A program made the translations under genes and the position numbers. A stretch of 64,000 nt of DNA from Antedon mediterranea (taxonomy: Eukaryota; Animalia; Echinodermata). Location: the NCBI RefSeq assembly GCF_964355755.1, contig NC_092678.1, positions 10,104,352 through 10,168,351 of the forward strand, written 5' to 3'. The notes beneath the pieces are model-generated. The model made no database searches. It saw only the letters and a program-made list of their open reading frames with translations, and was not told where the DNA came from. Every line of letters begins with the position of its first letter. Within the stretch, counting starts at the first letter, position 1. Of the stretch, positions 1 to 11,492 are shown in pieces.

Positions 1-972
1 GTACACTTTGATGTTTTGTGTGAAAAAGTTTTGTCGAAATGCTCAAAATGGTCTAAAACGTTTTTAAAACGATATTAAGCTATTTTGTGCTCTTTGATGT
101 TTTTGTGTAACCAAGTTTTTTCGAAAATCACAAAATGGTCTAAAACGTCTCCAAATGCGATTTGAAGCTTTTCTAAGCACTTTGGTGTTTTTATGTTAAC
201 AAGTTTTTTCGCAAATCACAAAATGGTCAAAAACGTTTCCAAATGCGATTTGAAGCTCTTCTGTACACTTTGATGTTTTGTGTGAAAAATTTTTTTCGAA
301 ATGCTCAAAATGGTCTAAAACGTTTTTAAATACGATATTAAGCTGTTTTGTGCACTTTGATGGTTTGTGTGAAAAGTTTTAACGAAATGCTCAAAATGGT
401 CAAAAACGGTTTCTAATGTGATTTTAAGCACTTTGATGTTTTTGTGTAACCAAGTTTTTTCGAAAATCACAAATTGGTCTAAAACGTCTCCAAATGCGAT
501 TTGAAGCTTTTCTAAACACTTTGGTGCTTTTATGTTAACAAGTTTTTTCGAAAATCACAAAATGGTCTAAAACGTCTCCAAATGCGATTTGAAGCTTTTC
601 TAAACACTTTGGTGTTTTTATGTTAACAAGTTTTTTCGAAAATCACAAAATGGTCTAAAACGTCTTCAAATGCGATTTGAAGATATTCTGAGCACTTTGG
701 TGTTTTTCTGTTAAAAAGTTTTTTCGAAAATCACAAAATGGTCTAAAACGTCTCCAAATGCGATTTGAAGCTCTTCTGTACACTTTGATGTTTTGTGTGA
801 AAAAGTTTTCTCGAAATGCTCAAAATGGTCTAAAACGTTTTCCAATACCATATTAAGCTATTTTGTGCAATTTGATGTTTTTATGTAACCAAGTTTTTTG
901 AAATGCGATTTGAAGATATTCTGAGCACTTTGGTGTTTTTATGTTAAAAAGTTTTTTCGAAAATCACAAAAT

Positions 973-1487
973 GGTCTAAAACGTCTCCAAATGCGATTTG
1001 AAGATATTCTGAGCACTTTGGTGTTTTTATGTTAAAAAGTTTTTTCGAAAATCACAAAATGGTCTAAAACGTCTCCAAATGCGATTTGAAGCTATTCTGT
1101 ACACTTTGATGTTTTGTGTGAAAAAGTTTTGTCGAAATGCTCAAAATGGTCTAAAACGTTTTTAAAACGATATTAAGCTATTTTGTGCTCTTTGATGTTT
1201 TTGTGTAACCAAGTTTTTTCGAAAATCACAAAATGGTCTAAAACGTCTCCAAATGCGATTTGAAGCTTTTCTAAGCACTTTGGTGTTTTTATGTTAACAA
1301 GTTTTTTCGAAAATCACAAAATGGTCTAAAACGTCTCAAAATGCGATTTGAAGGTATTCTGAGCACTTTGGTGTTTTTGTGTGAAAAGTTTTAACGAAAT
1401 GCTCAAAATGGTCTAAAACGGTTTCTAATGTGATTTTAAGCACTTTGATGTTTTTGTGTAACCAAGTTTTTTCGAAAATCACAAAAT
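973..1487 (+). repeat. Reference run of six monomer types: A(973-1060) C(1061-1147) D(1148-1234) B(1235-1322) E(1323-1409) F(1410-1487)
   Basis: Diagnostic words: A GAAGATATTCTGAG..GTTAAAAAG; B GAAGCTTTTC..GTTAACAAG; C CTGTACAC..GTGAAAAAG..GCTC; D CGTTTTTAAAACGATATTAAG..GTAACCAAG; E CTCAAAATG..GAAGGTATTC..TTTAACG; F CGGTTTCTAATGTGATTTTAAGCAC. Confidence 0.9.
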
Positions 1488-3788
1488 GGTCTAAAACGTC
1501 TCCAAATGCGATTTGAAGCTATTCTGTACACTTTGATGTTTTGTGTGAAAAAAGTTTTGTCGAAATGCTCAAAATGGTCTAAAACGTTTTTAAAACGATA
1601 TTGAGCTATTTTGTGCTCTTTGATGTTTTTGTGTAACCAAGTTTTATCGAAATGAACAAAATGGTCTAAAACGTCTCCAAATGCGATTTGAAGCTTTTCC
1701 AAGCACTTTGCTGTTTTTATATTAAGTTTTTTCGAAAATCACAAAATGGTCTAAAACGTCTCTAAATGCGATTTGAAGGTATTCTGAGCAATTTGGTGTT
1801 TTTGTGTGAAAAGTTTTAACGAAATGCTCAAAATTGTCTAAAACGGTTTCTAATGTGATTTTAAGCACTTTGATGTTTTTGTAAAACCAAGTTTCATCGA
1901 AATGCGATTTGAAGCTTTTCCAAGCACTTTGCTGTTTTTATGTTAACAAGCTTTTTCGAAAATCACAAAATGGTCTAAAACGTCTCCAAATGCGATTTGA
2001 AGATATTCTGAGCACTTTGGTGTTTTTATGTTAAAAAGTTTTTTCGAAAATCACAAAATGGTCTAAAACGTCTCCAAATGCGATTTGAAGATATTCTAAG
2101 CACTTTGGTGTTTTTATGTTAACAAGTTTTTTCGAAAATCACAAAATGGTCTAAAACGTCTCCAAATGCGATTTGAAGATATTCTGAGCACTTTGGTGTT
2201 TTTCTGTTAAAAAGTATTTTCGAAAATCACAAAATGGTCCAAAACGTCTCCAAATGCAATTTGAAGCTATTCTGTACACTTTGATGTTTTGTGTGAAAAA
2301 GTTTTGTCAAAATGCTCAAAATGGTCTAAAACGTTTTTAAAACGATATTAAGCTATTTTGTGCTCTTTGATGTTTTTGTATAACCAAGTTTTTTCGAAAA
2401 TCACAAAATGGTCTACAACGTCTCCAAATGCGATTTGAAGCTTTTCTAAACACTTTGGTGTTTTTATGTTAACAAGTTTTTTCGAAAATCACAAAATGGT
2501 CTAAAACGTCTCCAAATCCGATTTGAAGCTATTCTGTACACTTTGATGTTTTGTGTGAAAAAGTTTTGTCGAAATGCTCAAAATGGTCCAAAACGTTTTT
2601 AAAACGATATTAAGCTATTTTGTGCTCTTTGATGTTTTTGTGTAACCAAGTTTCATCGATATGAACAAAATGGTCTAAAACGTCTCAAAATGCGATTTGA
2701 AGGTATTCTGAGCACTTTGGTGTTTTTGGGTGAAAAGTTTTAACGAAATGCTCAAAATGGTCTAAAACGGTTTCTAATGTGATTTTAAGCACTTTGAAGT
2801 ATTTGTAAAAACAAGTTTCATCGAAATGCACAAAATAGTCTAAAACGTCTCCAAATGCGATTTGAAGCTTTTCTAAGCACTTTGGTGTTTTTATGTTAAC
2901 AAGTTTTTTCGAAAATCACAAAATGGTCTAAAACGTCTCCAAATGCGATTTGAAGATATTCTGAGCACTTTGGTGTTTTTATGTTAAAAAGTATTTTCGA
3001 AAATCACAAAATGGTCTAAAACGTCTCCAAATGCGATTTGAAACTCTTCTGTACACTTTGATGTTTTGTGTGAAAAAGTTAAGTCGAAATGCTCAAAATG
3101 GTCTAAAACGTTTTTAAAACGATATTAAGCTATTTTGTGCTCTTTGATGTTTTTGTGTAACCAAGTTTCATCGAAAATCACAAAATGGTCTAAAACGTCT
3201 CCAAATGCGATTTGAAGCTTTTCCAAGCACTTTGCTGTTTTTATGTTAACAAGTTTTTTCGAAAATCACAAAATGGTCTAAAACGTCTCAAAATACGATA
3301 TTAAGCTGTTTTGTGCACTTTGATGATTTGTGTGAAAAGTTTTAACGAAATGCTCAAAATGGTCTAAAACGGTTTCTAATGTGATTTTAAGCACTTTGAT
3401 GTTTTTATGTAGCCAAGTTTTTTCGAAAATCACAAAATGGTCAAAAACGTCTCCAAATGCGATTTGAAGCTTTTCTAAGCACTTTGGTGTTTTTATGTTA
3501 ACAAGTTTTTTCGAAAATCACAAAATGGTCTAAAACGTCTCCAAATGCAATTTGAAGCTATTCTGTACACTTTGATGTTTTGTGTGAAAAAGTTTTGTCA
3601 AAATGCTCAAAATGGTCTAAAACGTTTTTAAAACGATATTAAGCTATTTTGTGCTCTTTGATGTTTTTGTATAACCAAGTTTTTTCGAAAATCACAAAAT
3701 GGTCTAAAACGTCTCCAAATGCGATTTGAAGCTTTTCCAAGCACTTTGCTGTTTTTATGTTAACAAGTTTTTTCGAAAATCACAAAAT

Positions 3789-4479
3789 GGTCTAAAACGT
3801 CTCAAAATGCGATTTGAAGGTATTCTGAGCACTTTGGTGTTTTTGTGTGAAAAGTTTTAACGAAATGCTCAAAATTGTCTAAAACGGTTTCTAATGTGAT
3901 TTTAAGCACTTTGATGTTTTTGTAAAACCAAGTTTCATCGAAATGAACAAAATGGTCTAAAATGTCTCCAAATGCGATTTGAAGCTTTTCCAAGCACTTT
4001 GCTGTTTTTATGTTAACAAGCTTTTTCGAAATTCACAAAATGGTCTAAAACGTCTCCAAATGCGATTTGAAGATATTCTGAGCACTTTGGTGTTTTTATG
4101 TTAAAAAGTTTTTTCGAAAATCACAAAATGGTCTAAAACGTCTCCAAATGCGATTTGAAGATATTCTGAGCACTTTGGTGTTTTTATGTTAAAAAGTTTT
4201 TTCGAAAATCACAAAATGGTCTAAAACGTCTCCAAATGCGATTTGAAGCTATTCTGTACACTTTGATGTTTTGTGTGAAAAAGTTTTGTCGAAATGCTCA
4301 AAATGGTTTAAAACGTTTTTAAAACGATATTAAGTTATTTTGTGCTCTTTGATGTTTTTGTGTAACCAAGTTTCATCGAAATGAACAAAATGGTCTAAAA
4401 CGTCTCCAAATGCGATTTGAAGCTTTTCCAAGCACTTTGCTGTTTTTATGTTAACAAGTTTTTTCGAAAATCACAAAAT
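3789..4479 (+). repeat. Complete 691-bp 8-monomer unit E-F-B-A-A-C-D-B
   Basis: E monomers start at 3789 and 4480 (691 = 87+78+88+88+88+87+87+88). The same order and spacing occur at 11183->11874 and in the +38253 copies. Confidence 0.8.
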
Positions 4480-7400
4480 GGTGTAAAACGTCTCAAAATG
4501 CGATTTGAAGGTATTCTGAGCACTTTGGTGTTTTTGTGTGAAAAGTTTTAACGAAATGCTCAAAATGGTCTAAAACGGTTCTAATGTGATTTTAAGCTAT
4601 TCTAGACACTTTGATGTTTTGTGTGAAAAAGTTTTCTCGAAATGCTCAAAATGGTCTAAAACGTTTTCCAATACCATATTAAGCTATTTTGTGCAATTTG
4701 ATGTTTTTGTGTAACCAAGTTTTTTGAAATGCGATTTGAAGATATTCTGAGGACTCTGGTGTTTTTATGTTAAAAAGTTTTTTCGAAAATCACAAAATGG
4801 TCTAAAACGTCTCCAAATGCGATTTGAAGATATTCTGAGCACTTTGGTGTTTTTATGTTAAAAAGTTTTTTCGAAAATCACAAAATGGTCTAAAACGTCT
4901 CCAAATGCGATTTGAAGCTATTCTGTACACTTTGATGTTTTGTGTGAAAAAGTTTTGTCGAAATGCTCAAAATGGTCTAAAACGTTTTTAAAACGATATT
5001 AAGCTATTTTGTGCTCTTTGATGTTTTTGTGTAACCAAGTTTTTTCGAAAATCACAAAATGGTCTAAAACGTCTCCAAATGCGATTTGAAGCTTTTCTAA
5101 GCACTTTGGTGTTTTTATGTTAACAAGTTTTTTCGCAAATCACAAAATGGTCTAAAACGTCTCCAAATGCGATTTGAAGATATTCTGAGCACATTGGTGT
5201 TTTTATGTTAAAAAAGTTTTTTCGAAAATCACAAAATGGTCTAAAACGTTTCCAAATGCGATTTGAAGCTCTTCTGTACACTTTGATGTTTTGTGTGAAA
5301 AAGTTTTTTCGAAATGCTCAAAATGGTCTAAAACGTTTTTAAATACGATATTAAGCTGTTTTGTGCACTTTGATGGTTTGTGTGAAAAGTTTTAACGAAA
5401 TGCTCAAAATGGTCAAAAACGGTTTCTAATGTGATTTTAAGCACTTTGATGTTTTTGTGTAACCAAGTTTTTTCGAAAATCACAAATTGGTCTAAAACGT
5501 CTCCAAATGCGATTTGAAGCTTTTCTAAACACTTTGGTGCTTTTATGTTAACAAGTTTTTTCGAAAATCACAAAATGGTCTAAAACGTCTCCAAATGCGA
5601 TTTGAAGCTTTTCTAAACACTTTGGTGTTTTTATGTTAACAAGTTTTTTCGAAAATCACAAAATGGTCTAAAACGTTTCCAAATGCGATTTGAAGCTATT
5701 CTGTACACTTTGATGTTTTGTGTGAAAAAGTTTTCTCGAAATGCTCAAAATGGTCTAAAACGTTTTCCAATACCATATTAAGCTATTTTGTGCAATTTGA
5801 TGTTTTTATGTAACCAAGTTTTTTGAAATGCGATTTGAAGATATTCTGAGCACTTTGGTGTTTTTATGTTAAAAAGTTTTTTCGAAAATCACAAAATGGT
5901 CTAAAACGTCTCCAAATGCGATTTGAAGATATTCTGAGCACTTTGGTGTTTTTATGTTAAAAAGTTTTTTCGAAAATCACAAAATGGTCTAAAACGTCTC
6001 CAAATGCGATTTGAAGCTATTCTGTACACTTTGATGTTTTGTGTGAAAAAGTTTTGTCGAAATGCTCAAAATGGTCTAAAACGTTTTTAAAACGATATTA
6101 AGCTATTTTGTGCTCTTTGATGTTTTTGTGTAACCAAGTTTTTTCGAAAATCACAAAATGGTCTAAAACGTCTCCAAATGCGATTTGAAGCTTTTCTAAG
6201 CACTTTGGTGTTTTTATGTTAACAAGTTTTTTCGAAAATCACAAAATGGTCTAAAACGTCTCAAAATGCGATTTGAAGGTATTCTGAGCACTTTGGTGTT
6301 TTTGTGTGAAAAGTTTTAACGAAATGCTCAAAATGGTCTAAAACGGTTTCTAATGTGATTTTAAGCACTTTGATGTTTTTGTGTAACCAAGTTTTTTCGA
6401 AAATCACAAAATGGTCTAAAACGTCTCCAAATGCGATTTGAAGCTATTCTGTACACTTTGATGTTTTGTGTGAAAAAAGTTTTGTCGAAATGCTCAAAAT
6501 GGTCTAAAACGTTTTTAAAACGATATTGAGCTATTTTGTGCTCTTTGATGTTTTTGTGTAACCAAGTTTTATCGAAATGAACAAAATGGTCTAAAACGTC
6601 TCCAAATGCGATTTGAAGCTTTTCCAAGCACTTTGCTGTTTTTATATTAAGTTTTTTCGAAAATCACAAAATGGTCTAAAACGTCTCTAAATGCGATTTG
6701 AAGGTATTCTGAGCAATTTGGTGTTTTTGTGTGAAAAGTTTTAACGAAATGCTCAAAATTGTCTAAAACGGTTTCTAATGTGATTTTAAGCACTTTGATG
6801 TTTTTGTAAAACCAAGTTTCATCGAAATGCGATTTGAAGCTTTTCCAAGCACTTTGCTGTTTTTATGTTAACAAGCTTTTTCGAAAATCACAAAATGGTC
6901 TAAAACGTCTCCAAATGCGATTTGAAGATATTCTGAGCACTTTGGTGTTTTTATGTTAAAAAGTTTTTTCGAAAATCACAAAATGGTCTAAAACGTCTCC
7001 AAATGCGATTTGAAGATATTCTAAGCACTTTGGTGTTTTTATGTTAACAAGTTTTTTCGAAAATCACAAAATGGTCTAAAACGTCTCCAAATGCGATTTG
7101 AAGATATTCTGAGCACTTTGGTGTTTTTCTGTTAAAAAGTATTTTCGAAAATCACAAAATGGTCCAAAACGTCTCCAAATGCAATTTGAAGCTATTCTGT
7201 ACACTTTGATGTTTTGTGTGAAAAAGTTTTGTCAAAATGCTCAAAATGGTCTAAAACGTTTTTAAAACGATATTAAGCTATTTTGTGCTCTTTGATGTTT
7301 TTGTATAACCAAGTTTTTTCGAAAATCACAAAATGGTCTACAACGTCTCCAAATGCGATTTGAAGCTTTTCTAAACACTTTGGTGTTTTTATGTTAACAA

Positions 7401-10400
7401 GTTTTTTCGAAAATCACAAAATGGTCTAAAACGTCTCCAAATCCGATTTGAAGCTATTCTGTACACTTTGATGTTTTGTGTGAAAAAGTTTTGTCGAAAT
7501 GCTCAAAATGGTCCAAAACGTTTTTAAAACGATATTAAGCTATTTTGTGCTCTTTGATGTTTTTGTGTAACCAAGTTTCATCGATATGAACAAAATGGTC
7601 TAAAACGTCTCAAAATGCGATTTGAAGGTATTCTGAGCACTTTGGTGTTTTTGGGTGAAAAGTTTTAACGAAATGCTCAAAATGGTCTAAAACGGTTTCT
7701 AATGTGATTTTAAGCACTTTGAAGTATTTGTAAAAACAAGTTTCATCGAAATGCACAAAATAGTCTAAAACGTCTCCAAATGCGATTTGAAGCTTTTCTA
7801 AGCACTTTGGTGTTTTTATGTTAACAAGTTTTTTCGAAAATCACAAAATGGTCTAAAACGTCTCCAAATGCGATTTGAAGATATTCTGAGCACTTTGGTG
7901 TTTTTATGTTAAAAAGTATTTTCGAAAATCACAAAATGGTCTAAAACGTCTCCAAATGCGATTTGAAACTCTTCTGTACACTTTGATGTTTTGTGTGAAA
8001 AAGTTAAGTCGAAATGCTCAAAATGGTCTAAAACGTTTTTAAAACGATATTAAGCTATTTTGTGCTCTTTGATGTTTTTGTGTAACCAAGTTTCATCGAA
8101 AATCACAAAATGGTCTAAAACGTCTCCAAATGCGATTTGAAGCTTTTCCAAGCACTTTGCTGTTTTTATGTTAACAAGTTTTTTCGAAAATCACAAAATG
8201 GTCTAAAACGTCTCAAAATACGATATTAAGCTGTTTTGTGCACTTTGATGATTTGTGTGAAAAGTTTTAACGAAATGCTCAAAATGGTCTAAAACGGTTT
8301 CTAATGTGATTTTAAGCACTTTGATGTTTTTATGTAGCCAAGTTTTTTCGAAAATCACAAAATGGTCAAAAACGTCTCCAAATGCGATTTGAAGCTTTTC
8401 TAAGCACTTTGGTGTTTTTATGTTAACAAGTTTTTTCGAAAATCACAAAATGGTCTAAAACGTCTCCAAATGCAATTTGAAGCTATTCTGTACACTTTGA
8501 TGTTTTGTGTGAAAAAGTTTTGTCAAAATGCTCAAAATGGTCTAAAACGTTTTTAAAACGATATTAAGCTATTTTGTGCTCTTTGATGTTTTTGTATAAC
8601 CAAGTTTTTTCGAAAATCACAAAATGGTCTAAAACGTCTCCAAATGCGATTTGAAGCTTTTCCAAGCACTTTGCAGTTTTTATGTTAACAAGTTTTTTCG
8701 AAAATCACAAAATGGTCTAAAACGTCTCAAAATGCGATTTGAAGGTATTCTGAGCACTTTGGTGTTTTTGTGTGAAAAGTTTTAACGAAATGCTCAAAAT
8801 TGTCTAAAACGGTTTCTAATGTGATTTTAAGCACTTTGATGTTTTTGTAAAACCAAGTTTCATCGAAATGAACAAAATGGTCTAAAATGTCTCCAAATGC
8901 GATTTGAAGCTTTTCCAAGCACTTTGCTGTTTTTATGTTAACAAGCTTTTTCGAAAATCACAAAATGGTCTAAAACGTCTCCAAATGCGATTTGAAGATA
9001 TTCTGAGCACTTTGGTGTTTTTATGTTAAAAAGTTTTTTCGAAAATCACAAAATGGTCTAAAACGTCTCCAAATGCGATTTGAAGCTTTTCTAAGCACTT
9101 TGGTGTTTTTATGTTAACAAGTTTTTTCGCAAATCACAAAATGGTCTAAAACGTCTCCAAATGCGATTTGAAGATATTCTGAGCACATTGGTGTTTTTAT
9201 GTTAAAAAAGTTTTTTCGAAAATCACAAAATGGTCTAAAACGTTTCCAAATGCGATTTGAAGCTCTTCTGTACACTTTGATGTTTTGTGTGAAAAAGTTT
9301 TTTCGAAATGCTCAAAATGGTCTAAAACGTTTTTAAATACGATATTAAGCTGTTTTGTGCACTTTGATGGTTTGTGTGAAAAGTTTTAACGAAATGCTCA
9401 AAATGGTCAAAAACGGTTTCTAATGTGATTTTAAGCACTTTGATGTTTTTGTGTAACCAAGTTTTTTCGAAAATCACAAATTGGTCTAAAACGTCTCCAA
9501 ATGCGATTTGAAGCTTTTCTAAACACTTTGGTGCTTTTATGTTAACAAGTTTTTTCGAAAATCACAAAATGGTCTAAAACGTCTCCAAATGCGATTTGAA
9601 GCTTTTCTAAACACTTTGGTGTTTTTATGTTAACAAGTTTTTTCGAAAATCACAAAATGGTCTAAAACGTCTTCAAATGCGATTTGAAGATATTCTGAGC
9701 ACTTTGGTGTTTTTCTGTTAAAAAGTTTTTTCGAAAATCACAAAATGGTCTAAAACGTCTCCAAATGCGATTTGAAGCTCTTCTGTACACTTTGATGTTT
9801 TGTGTGAAAAAGTTTTCTCGAAATGCTCAAAATGGTCTAAAACGTTTTCCAATACCATATTTAGCTATTTTGTGCAATTTGATGTTTTTATGTAACCAAG
9901 TTTTTTGAAATGCGATTTGAAGATATTCTGAGCACTTTGGTGTTTTTATGTTAAAAAGTTTTTTCGAAAATCACAAAATGGTCTAAAACGTCTCCAAATG
10001 CGATTTGAAGATATTCTGAGCACTTTGGTGTTTTTATGTTAAAAAGTTTTTTCGAAAATCACAAAATGGTCTAAAACGTCTCCAAATGCGATTTGAAGCT
10101 ATTCTGTACACTTTGATGTTTTGTGTGAAAAAGTTTTGTCGAAATGCTCAAAATGGTCTAAAACGTTTTTAAAACGATATTAAGCTATTTTGTGCTCTTT
10201 GATGTTTTTGTGTAACCAAGTTTTTTCGAAAATCACAAAATGGTCTAAAACGTCTCCAAATGCGATTTGAAGCTTTTCTAAGCACTTTGGTGTTTTTATG
10301 TTAACAAGTTTTTTCGAAAATCACAAAATGGTCTAAAACGTCTCAAAATGCGATTTGAAGGTATTCTGAGCACTTTGGTGTTTTTGTGTGAAAAGTTTTA

Positions 10401-11492
10401 ACGAAATGCTCAAAATGGTCTAAAACGGTTTCTAATGTGATTTTAAGCACTTTGATGTTTTTGTGTAACCAAGTTTTTTCGAAAATCACAAAATGGTCTA
10501 AAACGTCTCCAAATGCGATTTGAAGCTATTCTGTACACTTTGATGTTTTGTGTGAAAAAAGTTTTGTCGAAATGCTCAAAATGGTCTAAAACGTTTTTAA
10601 AACGATATTGAGCTATTTTGTGCTCTTTGATGTTTTTGTGTAACCAAGTTTTATCGAAATGAACAAAATGGTCTAAAACGTCTCCAAATGCGATTTGAAG
10701 CTTTTCCAAGCACTTTGCTGTTTTTATATTAAGTTTTTTCGAAAATCACAAAATGGTCTAAAACGTCTCTAAATGCGATTTGAAGGTATTCTGAGCAATT
10801 TGGTGTTTTTGTGTGAAAAGTTTTAACGAAATGCTCAAAATTGTCTAAAACGGTTTCTAATGTGATTTTAAGCACTTTGATGTTTTTGTAAAACCAAGTT
10901 TCATCGAAATGCACAAAATGGTCTAAAACGTCCCCAAATGCGATTTGAAGCTATTCTGTACACTTTGATGTTTTGTGTGAAAAAAGTTTTGTCGAAATGC
11001 TCAAAATGGTCTAAAACGTTTTTAAAACGATATTAAGCTATTTTGTGCTCTTTGATGTTTTTGTGTAACCAAGTTTTATCGAAATGAACAAAATGGTCTA
11101 AAACGTCTCCAAATGCGATTTGAAGCTTTTCCAAGCACTTTGCTGTTTTTATGTTAACAGGTTTTTTCGAAAATCACAAAATGGTCTAAAACGTCTCAAA
11201 ATGCGATTTGAAGGTATTCTGAGCACTTTGGTGTTTTTGTGTGAAAAGTTTTAACGAAATGCTCAAAATTGTCTAAAACGGTTTCTAATGTGATTTTAAG
11301 CACTTTGATGTTTTTGTAAAACCAAGTTTCATCGAAATGCACAAAATGGTCTAAAATGTCTCCAAATGCGATTTGAAGCTTTTCCAAGCACTTTGCTGTT
11401 TTTATGTTAACAAGCTTTTTCGAAAATCACAAAAGGGTCTAAAACGTCTCCAAATGTGATTTGAAGATATTCTGAGCACTTTGGTATTTTTA

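Larger units (their letters stand above)
1..9085 (+). repeat. ~4925-bp tandem block duplication (1-4924 followed by a partial second copy 4925-9085)
   Basis: ORF markers 1436->6361 and 3802->8727 are both +4925. 774-4160 matches 5699-9085 with SNPs seen at 3750/8675 and 4032/8957. Upstream the offset is 4924 then 5013 because of whole-monomer indels. Confidence 0.88.

Noticed and set aside
955-972. Possible CENP-B box at TTCGAAAATCACAAA
   Set aside because: It matches only the TTCG part of NTTCGNNNNANNCGGGN and lacks the A and CGGG positions.
973-1060. 88-bp monomer as three ~29-bp subrepeats
   Set aside because: The thirds share only short AAAAT/AAATGC words and do not align convincingly.
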